DNA of 60,239 nucleotides from a virus (IMGVR_UViG_3300008255_001543:1-60239), one strand, 5' to 3'; positions 44,187 to 53,669 are shown, counted from the stretch's first letter. Notes: generated by a model from the sequence alone, not told the origin. Numbers and translations: made by a program.

Positions 44187-46136
44187 ATGATTTACGATAC
44201 ACTTACAGATTATTTGCGGAAACACCCTAACGGGACTCACGGGCAGTACATGAAGTATCTGAGCAAGCTTGCTACAGATAACGCTGCGGCATATTACTCG
44301 GGGGCAGAGGTTGTTGAGGATTCTGATTTTGATGATCTCATTGCCCACATCCGTGCAATTGACCCGAATGCTGCAGTGCTTAAGCAAGTCGGTGCACCGA
44401 ATACGTTCGGAGATGATGTTGTCCACAGTTCACCAATGGGATCCTTGGCTAAGTGCAAGACGTTACCCGAGGTTGAAAAGTGGATGACTGATATGAAGGC
44501 CGAAACAATTGACATCAGTCAGAAGATCGACGGCCTCGCCATAACCATCACATACGAAAATGGTGAGCTCGTCAAGGCTGCTACCCGAGGCGATGGTGCT
44601 GTTGGGCAAAACATCACCGAAAACGTGAAGATGATTGATGGTATTCCCCACAACCTCGGCTGGGCTCCGGGCGGCGGCGCCGCCCTGCCGGGCGGCGGCG
44701 CCAAGCTTGAAATTCGGGGTGAAGTGTATATGCGGAAGTCTGTGTTTCGGGACATAAACGAAAAGCGTGCCAAGCTGGGTACACCTCTCTTTAAGAATCC
44801 CCGGAATGCTGCGGCAGGATCACTGCTTAATAAGAATCCCAATATTACTAAGAAGCGAAAGCTTTCGTTTTTGGCTTATGGCGATCCCATTTCGCGGTTG
44901 TACACACCATACGTCCCAATGTTCTCGGTTAAACGTGCTGACATTCCAAAGTTTATTGCTGACCAAGAGCAGAAGCGTCCCCAGCTAGATTATGCGATCG
45001 ACGGTCTGGTGTTCTCAATGCCGTATGATGTAGTGCAGACAATGGGGATGACCAGCGGGTGTCCCAATGGGATGCTTGCCTTCAAGTTCCCACCCGAGCG
45101 GCTTACATCAGAAGTGATCGACATCTCGTATCAGCTTGGTCGAACCGGGCGTATTGCACCAGTTTGCAACATCAAGCCAATCTTACTGGATGGATCAATG
45201 ATTGCTCGTGCCACTTTACATAACTGTGCTAATGTCATGAATCTGGACATCGGCCCCGGTGCTATCGTTGAGATTGCAAAGGGTGGCGATATTATTCCGC
45301 AGGTTATGAAGGTTGTCACCCGCGGTCTTGAAGCCATTTTGCCTAAGCTGTGCCCAAGCTGTAATGCTGAATTGATTTGGAGCGAAACCGAAGTTGATTT
45401 GCTATGCGAAAATCCTTTATGCCCCAACCAGTTCAAGGCCTTCTTGAATTATTGGATTAAGCTGATGGACATTGAGGAAATCGGGCCCAAGGCCATTGAT
45501 GCTCTTTATGAGTCAGGCAAGGTAAACTCAATCCCCGACTTGTTGAACCTCTCTAAGAGTGATCTCCGAGGGATTTTCGGTATGGGATCAAAATCTACGA
45601 CGATCTTCAAGAATCTTTCAGCACTTAAGGAAGTGCCTTTGTGGAAATTCCTGTGTGGTCTGGGTATCCCTGAGCTCGGCAAGTCGACCAGTAAGCTCGT
45701 TGCTGCCGAATTCAAGACGTTGAATAACCTGATGGGTTACGTATTTGGGATCGAGACAGAATCGTGCTTCGAGCACATTGCTGGTATCGGAAGTACGTCA
45801 AGCAAATACATCTTTGATGGCCTTCGGAAATCAGTAGACCTTCAGTTTGAACTTCAGAAGGTGCTTAAGGTTCTTTCGGTTGAAGACGCATCGTCCCCGG
45901 CCGGTAAACTTAATGGGATGTCTTTCTGCATCACTGGCGCTTTGCCTTCAGGCCTGAAGCGTTCGGTTGTTGAGGATATGATTAAGAAGGCTGGAGGTGA
46001 GCTTAAGAGTGTTAGCAAGGGATTAACATATCTGATTCAGGCTGACGCTTCTAGTACGAGTGGGAAAACAAAAAAAGCTGTTGCACTTGGTGTCGAGATT
46101 ATCGACGAAACTATGTTGAACAAGTTGCTGCAGTAA
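44187..46136 (+). CDS. ligA: NAD-dependent DNA ligase
   Basis: KIDG, TRGDG..G.NIT, EIRGE, NPRNAAAG, zinc finger, HhH, BRCT. Confidence 0.95.
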   Translation: MIYDTLTDYLRKHPNGTHGQYMKYLSKLATDNAAAYYSGAEVVEDSDFDDLIAHIRAIDPNAAVLKQVGAPNTFGDDVVHSSPMGSLAKCKTLPEVEKWMTDMKAETIDISQKIDGLAITITYENGELVKAATRGDGAVGQNITENVKMIDGIPHNLGWAPGGGAALPGGGAKLEIRGEVYMRKSVFRDINEKRAKLGTPLFKNPRNAAAGSLLNKNPNITKKRKLSFLAYGDPISRLYTPYVPMFSVKRADIPKFIADQEQKRPQLDYAIDGLVFSMPYDVVQTMGMTSGCPNGMLAFKFPPERLTSEVIDISYQLGRTGRIAPVCNIKPILLDGSMIARATLHNCANVMNLDIGPGAIVEIAKGGDIIPQVMKVVTRGLEAILPKLCPSCNAELIWSETEVDLLCENPLCPNQFKAFLNYWIKLMDIEEIGPKAIDALYESGKVNSIPDLLNLSKSDLRGIFGMGSKSTTIFKNLSALKEVPLWKFLCGLGIPELGKSTSKLVAAEFKTLNNLMGYVFGIETESCFEHIAGIGSTSSKYIFDGLRKSVDLQFELQKVLKVLSVEDASSPAGKLNGMSFCITGALPSGLKRSVVEDMIKKAGGELKSVSKGLTYLIQADASSTSGKTKKAVALGVEIIDETMLNKLLQ

Positions 46137-46146
46137 GGAATATATT

Positions 46147-46755
46147 ATGATTGATGTGATTTATTTGGATGTTGATGGTGTCCTCGGCGATTTTATATCT
46201 ACAGCATTTGTCTGGCATGGTATTGAACCTGGCACTATTGCATGGCCCAGAGGTGAAAGCGATATGGCCAAGGTTCTTGGAATCAGCAACAAGGAATTTC
46301 TTGATGGTATTGATGATGAAGACTTCTGGGCTAACATCTTTCTCGCCCCCGGTGGACCAGAAATCTTTGCAGCTGTTACCAACTTCGCTAAACAGTATAG
46401 CGTTGATGTGGTAATTGCCTCACAATATCCGATGGGTTATAGAGCGAACTTTGAGCTTGGTCGGGAAACATGGTTAGCACGGCATGGATTTGATACGATT
46501 CCTCGAACATATAATTGCTCATCGCAGACTAAGGTTCACCTCGCTTCTCCTACAGCATTGCTCATAGATGACATGGATGACAACTGCGAGTATTTCCGCC
46601 GCGCTGGAGGAATGACGTTCCAACCCGCCCGAGAATGGAATCGCTTTCATTCGATTAGAGGTACTCATAATAATTTTGAGGTGGACGAGGTTGAGGTTCT
46701 AACTGACGCTCTTCTTGCATATCATGTCTGTCGGCAATTTGAGGCGCAGAGATGA
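46147..46755 (+). CDS. HAD-family 5'(3')-deoxyribonucleotidase
   Basis: DVDGVLGDF, LLIDD. Confidence 0.85.
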   Translation: MIDVIYLDVDGVLGDFISTAFVWHGIEPGTIAWPRGESDMAKVLGISNKEFLDGIDDEDFWANIFLAPGGPEIFAAVTNFAKQYSVDVVIASQYPMGYRANFELGRETWLARHGFDTIPRTYNCSSQTKVHLASPTALLIDDMDDNCEYFRRAGGMTFQPAREWNRFHSIRGTHNNFEVDEVEVLTDALLAYHVCRQFEAQR

Positions 46756-47060
46756 TTACTGATAATGTTAAGCATAAGTGGACAAAGGTCGATAATGATC
46801 ATTTACTGCAATCAACTGTAACTATTAGCGTATCATCACTGCTTTCAGAAGAATTGCTAAATGTAGAAGCTGTTAAGTCAGAAATCGAAAAGATGCATAC
46901 CCACTCGCTTAATAATTTACTAAAGAGCGAACTTAATGGGCTTGTATCAGCTATTGAATCAGAATGTCTTAAAAGAGGGCACTTCTTTACGGATCATGGC
47001 CGGCCAACAAGATTGCACGATCTTTTTAACGAATTGAAGATAGCTATCTATAAGGTGTAG
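46752..47060 (+). CDS. Hypothetical protein
   Basis: ORF overlapping previous stop. Confidence 0.55.
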   Translation: MITDNVKHKWTKVDNDHLLQSTVTISVSSLLSEELLNVEAVKSEIEKMHTHSLNNLLKSELNGLVSAIESECLKRGHFFTDHGRPTRLHDLFNELKIAIYKV

Positions 47061-47113
47061 TTCCTATCATAAAGTCCTCTAGCATAAATACCTGTAAGTT
47101 CCATCACTTTTTA

Positions 47114-47143
47114 GTGTACAAACTACAGCGACTGTGGTAGTAT
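47114..47143 (+). promoter_or_regulatory. Early promoter GTGTACA-N17-TAGTAT
   Basis: near-duplicate of the one at 47547. Confidence 0.75.
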
Positions 47144-47165
47144 TGATCCAGAATAAGGAAAAGAT

Positions 47166-47486
47166 ATGAGCAGGTCCCACAGAAAAACACCCATCATTGG
47201 CCGTGGCGGCGGATCAGAAAAATATGATAAGCGCATTTGGCACGGCCGGATGCGAGCCCACGAGAACGCTTTGTGCCGCAATGCATGCGTCTCGACTATC
47301 GAAGATGTAGATGATCTGATCTTTCCACAGAAGAACGATGTCTCTAATGTGTGGTCAATGTCAAAGGATGGGAAGGGCTATAATACCTACGATCAGACGA
47401 TCGGGTGGACTAACTGGCGTACCGGTGAATTCATACCCTACTGGGAGACTTATTACAAGTACTATCGGGCAGTTCTTGCCAAGTAA
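47166..47486 (+). CDS. Hypothetical protein
   Basis: MSRSxRKTPI...SEK.DK...W.M.KDGK; promoter and RBS. Confidence 0.7.
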   Translation: MSRSHRKTPIIGRGGGSEKYDKRIWHGRMRAHENALCRNACVSTIEDVDDLIFPQKNDVSNVWSMSKDGKGYNTYDQTIGWTNWRTGEFIPYWETYYKYYRAVLAK

Positions 47487-47546
47487 ATGTGTAAAGGCTT
47501 GTGTAAGCCATACTTAATGATTAAATGCAGAATTCAGCACCTTTTA

Positions 47547-47576
47547 GTGTACAAACTAGAGTCACTATGGTAGTAT
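47547..47576 (+). promoter_or_regulatory. Early promoter GTGTACA-N17-TAGTAT
   Basis: motif match. Confidence 0.75.
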
Positions 47577-47600
47577 TGATCCAGAGTTAAGGAATAAAGT

Positions 47601-48449
47601 ATGAAGAACAAGTTGGGTAAGTTGAATCTGGACAAGAATTACGCCTTTGGTGTTGAAATGGAATTCACCGAAGCACTGCAGCGGGATGTTGGTGCTGCTA
47701 TGCGAAAGAACGACAAGAAGTATCGTAAGGGCTGTAAGCTAGCACCCCGTGACGGCCGTGCTGCTCGACACCGTGCAGTCGAGTATGCTAAGTGGCAGTT
47801 GACGTCAGATCAGTCTGTCACCAGCAATGATGATGACGGCAATGTGATCGGGGGTGAAGTCATTTCCCCCACGATGGACGTTAACACCCAGTCATTCCGG
47901 GAAATCCGGGCGATGATCAAGATGCTCACCGCTGCCGATGCTGTCTATACCTCGGACACTGGGTATCACATCCACTTAGACCTAGGCGATGTCTGCCGTG
48001 TAGTGGTTACTGCGATTTACCTAAAACTGAGCCATGACATCCTCCAGATGCATCCCGATCGTTATGGGAAGTATATGCTTCGTTCCCTCATCAATCTAAA
48101 CAACACCGCTTGCAGTAGCGACTCCCGTCTACAGATCGCTATGCTGTTGATGAACAATGAGCCCGATTATATCATCGGGGAAAAGTATAACGATATTCAT
48201 TTCTATCAAGAGAACGCTAAACGCTTCCTCGAGATACGATTTGGGGGTATGGTTGACGACCATGACCTGATCGTCGCTTGGACTAAAACATGTCTACAGA
48301 TCGTCAATGAGGCGATGTGCTATACCGATCTATTTGAATTCCTAACCGAGGAAATCGAATACGACATCATGAGCTTAAACGATCGGGCTCCCCGAGTCCT
48401 CAGGTTTACTACAGCTGAACGTTTGGCTGTAGAGAATATGATCGGTTGA
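47601..48449 (+). CDS. Amidoligase (COOH-NH2 ligase family)
   Basis: FGVEMEF, D.SV, EVISP, GYHIH, LEIR. Confidence 0.82.
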   Translation: MKNKLGKLNLDKNYAFGVEMEFTEALQRDVGAAMRKNDKKYRKGCKLAPRDGRAARHRAVEYAKWQLTSDQSVTSNDDDGNVIGGEVISPTMDVNTQSFREIRAMIKMLTAADAVYTSDTGYHIHLDLGDVCRVVVTAIYLKLSHDILQMHPDRYGKYMLRSLINLNNTACSSDSRLQIAMLLMNNEPDYIIGEKYNDIHFYQENAKRFLEIRFGGMVDDHDLIVAWTKTCLQIVNEAMCYTDLFEFLTEEIEYDIMSLNDRAPRVLRFTTAERLAVENMIG

Positions 48450-48487
48450 CTGATATGGGTTCCGCTTTTACTACAGCCAGTACTATA

Positions 48488-48579
48488 GCTCCTGAGTCAC
48501 TCTTGAGCCCCCTTTGGTCCGATTGGGGCCAATAACCACCCTCAAAAGATCCCAAGTGACCTAGAGAGTGACTCAGGAG
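48488..48579. repeat. Palindromic intergenic repeat copy C
   Basis: CTCCTGAGTCACTCT...AGAGTGACTCAGGAG. Confidence 0.85.
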
Positions 48580-48756
48580 AGCTTTATGACGCTGGAGTAG
48601 GCCTGTACGTATTACGTGGAGAGCGGGCCCGACACGCTCGGGAGGCCCCAATCCATCTCTATAGCTCCATTTTAACCGTCCTGAAAACTATTTTCAGATG
48701 TAAGTGCTTGATGGGATTGGGGTTAGCATTTTGGCCGAAAATAAATGAAAATAATG

Positions 48757-48786
48757 GTGTACAAGCTACAGAAACTGGTTTATAAT
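48757..48786 (+). promoter_or_regulatory. Early promoter GTGTACA-N17-TATAAT with UP element
   Basis: motif match. Confidence 0.8.
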
Positions 48787-48866
48787 GATCTCGGAAGGTG
48801 TCATGGTTGCAAAAAAACTGTGGTGCCAAAAAAATAGAGTTACATAACACGAAAGAGGAGAAAAAC

Positions 48867-49427
48867 ATGAATGACGAAAACACTACTGATGACCTGACCA
48901 TCGACGATATCGATGTGGATGCGATCGACGCGACCGCGCTGGATGACTTTGATTTTACCGAAGACACCGCCGCTCCGGCGGAGCTCGGGATCCCGACCCT
49001 CGAAGGCGATGCGAAGGACGAGGATGAGATGACGCTTGCGGAAATGCTCATCAAGGACGAAGCCAATGCGAAGGCCTCGGGCGAGAAGGCGAAGGCGAAG
49101 GCTGCTAAGGCGCCTAAAGCTCCGAAGGCACCTAAGGCTGCGAAGCTCCCGGCTGCTCTCCGGCTGCTGAAGGTGAAGAAGGCTCGGGTTCGGAAGTCTA
49201 AGATGACTCCTGGGGATCTCGAAAAGATGATCGACGTGGTCACTACGGCTACGGTTGCAGAGACTGATCTGGCGATCGTCAAGCGTTGCCTGATCATGGA
49301 TGCGGCCACCCCGCTGTTTGCCCTTCGGGACATCTACCGTGAACTGGTGCACCCTCGCTTCAAGGCGACGGTCCGTGGTTGCTATAATGTGACTGCGATC
49401 CTGGCATCTCTGACGGCTCAGCGCTAA
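48867..49427 (+). CDS. Hypothetical protein (acidic N-terminus, KAP repeats, C-terminal domain resembling the CobS N-terminus)
   Basis: GAGGAG RBS; KAPKAPKAPKA. Confidence 0.75.
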   Translation: MNDENTTDDLTIDDIDVDAIDATALDDFDFTEDTAAPAELGIPTLEGDAKDEDEMTLAEMLIKDEANAKASGEKAKAKAAKAPKAPKAPKAAKLPAALRLLKVKKARVRKSKMTPGDLEKMIDVVTTATVAETDLAIVKRCLIMDAATPLFALRDIYRELVHPRFKATVRGCYNVTAILASLTAQR

Positions 49428-49439
49428 CCTAGGTGCAAT

Positions 49440-50120
49440 ATGGCAGTGCGTAAGCAATACAACCTCAGTGAGTGCAAGGAAATACACCCAGGTGTATTTC
49501 ATTGGAAGCTCGATAAGTTCATCCTCGTCAAAGACGGTGAGCATTATCTGATCCTCAAGGATAGACTCGACAAGATGGTTGAGGCATCTCATGGCCACTT
49601 CGATGAAATCATTCGAGACTTCACGCCTCGAAAATTCAAAGCCAAGGATCCCAACGCACCTAAGAAGGTCCGTAAAGCGAAAGCACAACCCGACGTCGAG
49701 CTCGAAGATTCTATCTCCTCGACGTACGGGTGGATCAATCCAGATTATCTGGATTCGAAAGACAAGCATTACGATACTAAGACGGGATTCCGCCTTCGAT
49801 CTTCAATTGAAGCTGAGCTTAAAGCCGCGGCTAAAGGCCGGGGCCCTCGTGTAACAGAAGAGCTTTCAGATGGCACCTACGTCAAAGACAAGGGTACTAA
49901 TCCACCTCTGGAGTCTAAGCCCTCCAAGAGTGACCTGAAGCCTTCGAAACGGGTCGTCAAGAAGAAGCCCGTGGTGAAGAAGGTGGTGAAGAAGTTCATT
50001 AAGAAGAAAGCTGCTAAAAAGATCACTACAGCCCACTTTGATCAAGACATTCTAGCCTCGCCTACTAAGCGGCGTAAGAGTGTAAAGCCTGCCGCTTCCC
50101 CAGCTCGTTATAAAAAATAA
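49440..50120 (+). CDS. Lys-rich, histone H1-like tail protein
   Basis: KKKPVVKKVVKKFIKKKAAKK. Confidence 0.65.
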   Translation: MAVRKQYNLSECKEIHPGVFHWKLDKFILVKDGEHYLILKDRLDKMVEASHGHFDEIIRDFTPRKFKAKDPNAPKKVRKAKAQPDVELEDSISSTYGWINPDYLDSKDKHYDTKTGFRLRSSIEAELKAAAKGRGPRVTEELSDGTYVKDKGTNPPLESKPSKSDLKPSKRVVKKKPVVKKVVKKFIKKKAAKKITTAHFDQDILASPTKRRKSVKPAASPARYKK

Positions 50121-50122
50121 CG

Positions 50123-50152
50123 GTGTACATCTCCAAGCAATTGTGATATACT
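50123..50152 (+). promoter_or_regulatory. Early promoter GTGTACA-N17-TATACT
   Basis: motif match. Confidence 0.75.
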
Positions 50153-50178
50153 AGATCTAAATTAATTAAGGATTACCA

Positions 50179-50535
50179 ATGAGAAATGAAGCAGTCAGAA
50201 CGCCATTTAGTGAAGGCATTCGCGTTGAAGCAGCAACAGTAGAATACCTTCGTGCTAAGATCGCATCAAAAAGACAAGAGGAAAACCGCATGCTGAAGGA
50301 GAACCTCGCCAAGCTTAGAAAGCTGGAAAGACTCCAGGAAGAGTATTTTAAGAAGCGTAAAGAAGCTGCGCGTCGTAGCACTAAAGCTAAGATGATCTTC
50401 TATTGGCCCAATGGTGTTGAGTTCCGAACGTTTGATCCCTACTCCCCGCGGCAGATAGGCTATAGCGTGTATGATCTCTTGAACATGATCGCTGTTCACG
50501 GCCTTCCCACAAGTTTCGAAGATCGGGGTTGTTGA
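50179..50535 (+). CDS. Hypothetical protein
   Basis: ORF with RBS. Confidence 0.6.
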   Translation: MRNEAVRTPFSEGIRVEAATVEYLRAKIASKRQEENRMLKENLAKLRKLERLQEEYFKKRKEAARRSTKAKMIFYWPNGVEFRTFDPYSPRQIGYSVYDLLNMIAVHGLPTSFEDRGC

Positions 50536-50536
50536 T

Positions 50537-51097
50537 ATGCTAAAATGCTTTACTGACACCGAGACGACCGGTGTGGATCTAACGCAGCATACTATGCATC
50601 AGATCTGTTCGGTTATCATTGACGATAACGATAATGAAATCGATTCGATCAACCTCAAGTTTGTTCCTCGATTCCTGCATTATACCGAAGAGGCCTTGTC
50701 GAAATCGCATCTGACCTATGAAGAAGTCTATGGTCGATTCCTAAATTCTAATGCAGCGTTTGAAACGTATGCAGAATTTCTCGAACGGCATGTCAATCGG
50801 TATGATCCAAAAGACAAGATGCAGTTTGTGGCCTACAACGTTGACTTTGACGAGAATGTTACTCGCCGATGGTTTGATAACTCCAAAACACAGCGGATGT
50901 ATGGCAGCTATTTCTGGACACCGGGCATCTGCTTGATGCGGCAAGCGGCATGGCTAATGCGTAATCAAAGGGTGGTTCATAATTTCAAATTGGCTACCAT
51001 CTGTAAATTCGCCGGAATTGAATTTGAAGAAGAGGAAGCTCATGACGCTTTGTACGATGTACGGAAGATGATTGAGCTCTATAAGAAGCTGGTGTAA
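50537..51097 (+). CDS. DEDDh 3'-5' exonuclease
   Basis: DTETTG, AYNVDFD, AHDALYD. Confidence 0.9.
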   Translation: MLKCFTDTETTGVDLTQHTMHQICSVIIDDNDNEIDSINLKFVPRFLHYTEEALSKSHLTYEEVYGRFLNSNAAFETYAEFLERHVNRYDPKDKMQFVAYNVDFDENVTRRWFDNSKTQRMYGSYFWTPGICLMRQAAWLMRNQRVVHNFKLATICKFAGIEFEEEEAHDALYDVRKMIELYKKLV

Positions 51098-51362
51098 TAT
51101 GGATGCTAAACACATATTGAAAATTGATTGGAGGGGCGACACGCATGATTGCGATACTTGTGGAACCTCTCATGCGCTGGGAGCACTGGTCACTCTTGAT
51201 GGCGAGGCTATCGTTGACGTTACTCCCGTAGCTCATTGCTATGCTGGTACAAGCGATGTAGAACTGGTTGGTATTTTACTGATAGCTCTTCAGAAGCTAG
51301 GTGTTCAGGTTATTGATGGTGAGAATGATCTCGATTGGTGGATGAATTCCTGTAAGCAATGA
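51072..51362 (+). CDS. Hypothetical protein (start probably MDAKH)
   Basis: HDCDTCG...PVAHCY. Confidence 0.6.
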   Translation: MSSIRSWCNMDAKHILKIDWRGDTHDCDTCGTSHALGALVTLDGEAIVDVTPVAHCYAGTSDVELVGILLIALQKLGVQVIDGENDLDWWMNSCKQ

Positions 51363-51508
51363 GTAACGAAACCCGCAATAAGTCTGGAGCAGGTAAGGGT
51401 GATAAGCCTAGGCCAATTAATCTCGATAGATATGGTTCTAACTACGATCAAATAAAGTGGCCTTCAAAAAAGGAAAAGAAATGTCCGAAAGTCCCACCTC
51501 GCCATTGA
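51359..51508 (+). CDS. Small conserved phage protein (49 aa)
   Basis: GAGKGDKPRP...YGSNYDQIKW. Confidence 0.55.
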   Translation: MSNETRNKSGAGKGDKPRPINLDRYGSNYDQIKWPSKKEKKCPKVPPRH

Positions 51509-51744
51509 TTGATATGTACGGTTACGATTGGGCCGGCCTGATCGAAAACTATAGGATCGATAACATGGCTCTTCGAGATATGCTTGCAGAGAAATCTCGT
51601 ATCGTTGACCGCCGCCCCGGCAAGGAATGGATCAACATTGAATTGTCAACACTATTGAAGTGGATTCCAAAGATCCTCGAGCATGAAAAACTATGTCCCA
51701 CACCACAGAATCTCAGGATGAACGTTCATCCACAAACTAAATGA
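51457..51744 (+). CDS. Hypothetical protein
   Basis: ORF; probable start 51481. Confidence 0.5.
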   Translation: MAFKKGKEMSESPTSPLIDMYGYDWAGLIENYRIDNMALRDMLAEKSRIVDRRPGKEWINIELSTLLKWIPKILEHEKLCPTPQNLRMNVHPQTK

Positions 51745-52625
51745 AAGCACACAATATGTCTCTATTAGAAAAACTCAAGAAAAGCTCTAAGCTTGCCCGA
51801 ACAGATATCCTTCAAGATTCGGATATCTTCAACGATATAGTGATCACTCCAACGTCTGTCCCTATGCTAAATGTAGCACTGGGAGGAGCGTTCGATGGCG
51901 GGATCTCGTCAGGTTGCACCCTATTGGCCGGACCGAGCAAGCACTTCAAAACCAGCTTTGCTCTTTTGATGGCGGCTTCGTACATGAAGGCCCATGCCGA
52001 ATCAGTGCTGATGTTCTATGATTCTGAGTTTGGTACTCCTCAGAAGTATTTCGATTCCTTTGGGATCGATCGAGCCCGAGTGCTGCACATCCCGATTATG
52101 AATATCGAGGAATTGAAGTTTGATTTAGTCAATCAGCTCGAAGTTATCGAAAAGAAAGATAACGTGATCATCATTGTTGACTCTATCGGCAACCTTGCTT
52201 CAAAGAAGGAACTTGAGGATGCGATGAACGAAAAGAGTGTAGCGGATATGACTCGGGCCAAGGCGCTCAAGGGCTTATTCCGAATGATCACTCCATATCT
52301 GCAGCTTAAGGCTATACCCATGTTTGCGATCAACCACACGTATAAGGAGCAGTGTATGGCCGGTGATACTAGAATTAAAACTGATCGTGGAATATTGCCA
52401 ATATCTGAAATAGAAACGGGTGATTGCGTATACGCATTAACTGGCCTTCAAAAGGTTTTGGCCGTATATGGCCCAGATGATCTTGATTCATCTGGTAAGC
52501 GTTTTCTTGAACTCGAATTTGATGATGGTTCAACTGTTCGTTGTACTCATGATCATATGTTTTTAGATAGCAATAATGAGTGGACCCGTGCTATTGATTT
52601 GAAAATAGGCTCGGAAATGAGATAA
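51741..52625 (+). CDS. uvsX: UvsX/RecA-like recombinase fragment 1 + IntN (from 52353)
   Basis: AGPSKHFKT, FYDSEFG, DSIGNLASKKE, INHTYKEQ|CMAGDT...CTHDH. Confidence 0.92.
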   Translation: MKAHNMSLLEKLKKSSKLARTDILQDSDIFNDIVITPTSVPMLNVALGGAFDGGISSGCTLLAGPSKHFKTSFALLMAASYMKAHAESVLMFYDSEFGTPQKYFDSFGIDRARVLHIPIMNIEELKFDLVNQLEVIEKKDNVIIIVDSIGNLASKKELEDAMNEKSVADMTRAKALKGLFRMITPYLQLKAIPMFAINHTYKEQCMAGDTRIKTDRGILPISEIETGDCVYALTGLQKVLAVYGPDDLDSSGKRFLELEFDDGSTVRCTHDHMFLDSNNEWTRAIDLKIGSEMR

Positions 52626-52714
52626 TCATACTTAAAATCTTCAATGGAAGCATGAAATGCGCATCTCGTGCGCTAAATACCGAATACTACAAAATAGTTA
52701 AATTAAGGAAAAAT

Positions 52715-53179
52715 ATGGTACGCAAATTAAAATCAATTCGTGAAGTGGAGCCATTTGGCATTTACGATATTACAGTAGACGTCGATCATTGCTTTGAACT
52801 TGAAAACGGAGTCATCGCACATAATTCAATGTTCCCGAAGGATATCGTTAGTGGTGGATGCGTTGTAGCTGGCACAGAAATTACTTTACCTGATGGTACT
52901 ACGAAGGTAATTGAAAACTTTATTGTTGGAGATGAAGTCGCTACATTACAGGGAGCAAAGTCTGTAACCCACACATGGAATCCAGATACTCTTGATGAAG
53001 GTGAACCAAATTGCTTTGAAATTGAATTTGAAGATGGCACAACTGTAGTGGTATCAGAGCAACATAGGTTTCTATTACAGGAAACTACTGATTCATCACC
53101 GCATTGGGTAGAAGCAGCAATGCTTAAAGTGGATGATGATTGCAAACAAAGGAAAGAAAATGAAAATAGTAAAAATTAG
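52715..53179 (+). CDS. uvsX: UvsX fragment 2: IntC (37 aa) + 11-aa extein SMFPKDIVSGG (52826-52858) + IntN
   Basis: IYDITV..NGVIAHN|SMFPKDIVSGG|CVVAGT...VSEQHRF; AAGGA RBS. Confidence 0.9.
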   Translation: MVRKLKSIREVEPFGIYDITVDVDHCFELENGVIAHNSMFPKDIVSGGCVVAGTEITLPDGTTKVIENFIVGDEVATLQGAKSVTHTWNPDTLDEGEPNCFEIEFEDGTTVVVSEQHRFLLQETTDSSPHWVEAAMLKVDDDCKQRKENENSKN

Positions 53180-53669
53180 ACCAGTTGGAAAACGAGCAGT
53201 ATACGATCTCTCAGTGCAAGATGCAGAACACTACGTCTTGAAAAATGGAGTAGTCACGCATAACACCGGTCCTATGTATTCTTCGAATGCGGTCTGGATC
53301 ATTGGACGGAGAACCGATAAGGTCGGCACCGAAGTGCAAGGGTATCACTTCATCATTAACATTGAGAAGTCTCGATTCGTTAAAGAGAAATCGAAGATTC
53401 CGATTAGTGTATCGTGGGAAGGCGGGATCATGAAGTGGTCAGGTCTTCTAGAGGTAGCACAAGAAGGTGCCTTCGTGCAAAAGCCTAAGAATGGTTGGTA
53501 TACTCAGCATCCCGATCCGGCAGGGCCCGCGATCGGTAAAGCATATCGCGAAAAGGATTGTCAAACAGCGGATTTTTGGAAGCCGCTTTTAACTAACAAA
53601 GACTTCTGCCAGTGGGTAACGGAAAAATACTCTATCGGCGAAGTTGCAATGTATGATCAAGCAGAATAG
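53160..53669 (+). CDS. uvsX: UvsX fragment 3: IntC (35 aa) + C-terminal extein
   Basis: VYDLSV..NGVVTHN|TGPMYSS...IEKSRFVKEKSKIP. Confidence 0.92.
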   Translation: MKIVKIRPVGKRAVYDLSVQDAEHYVLKNGVVTHNTGPMYSSNAVWIIGRRTDKVGTEVQGYHFIINIEKSRFVKEKSKIPISVSWEGGIMKWSGLLEVAQEGAFVQKPKNGWYTQHPDPAGPAIGKAYREKDCQTADFWKPLLTNKDFCQWVTEKYSIGEVAMYDQAE

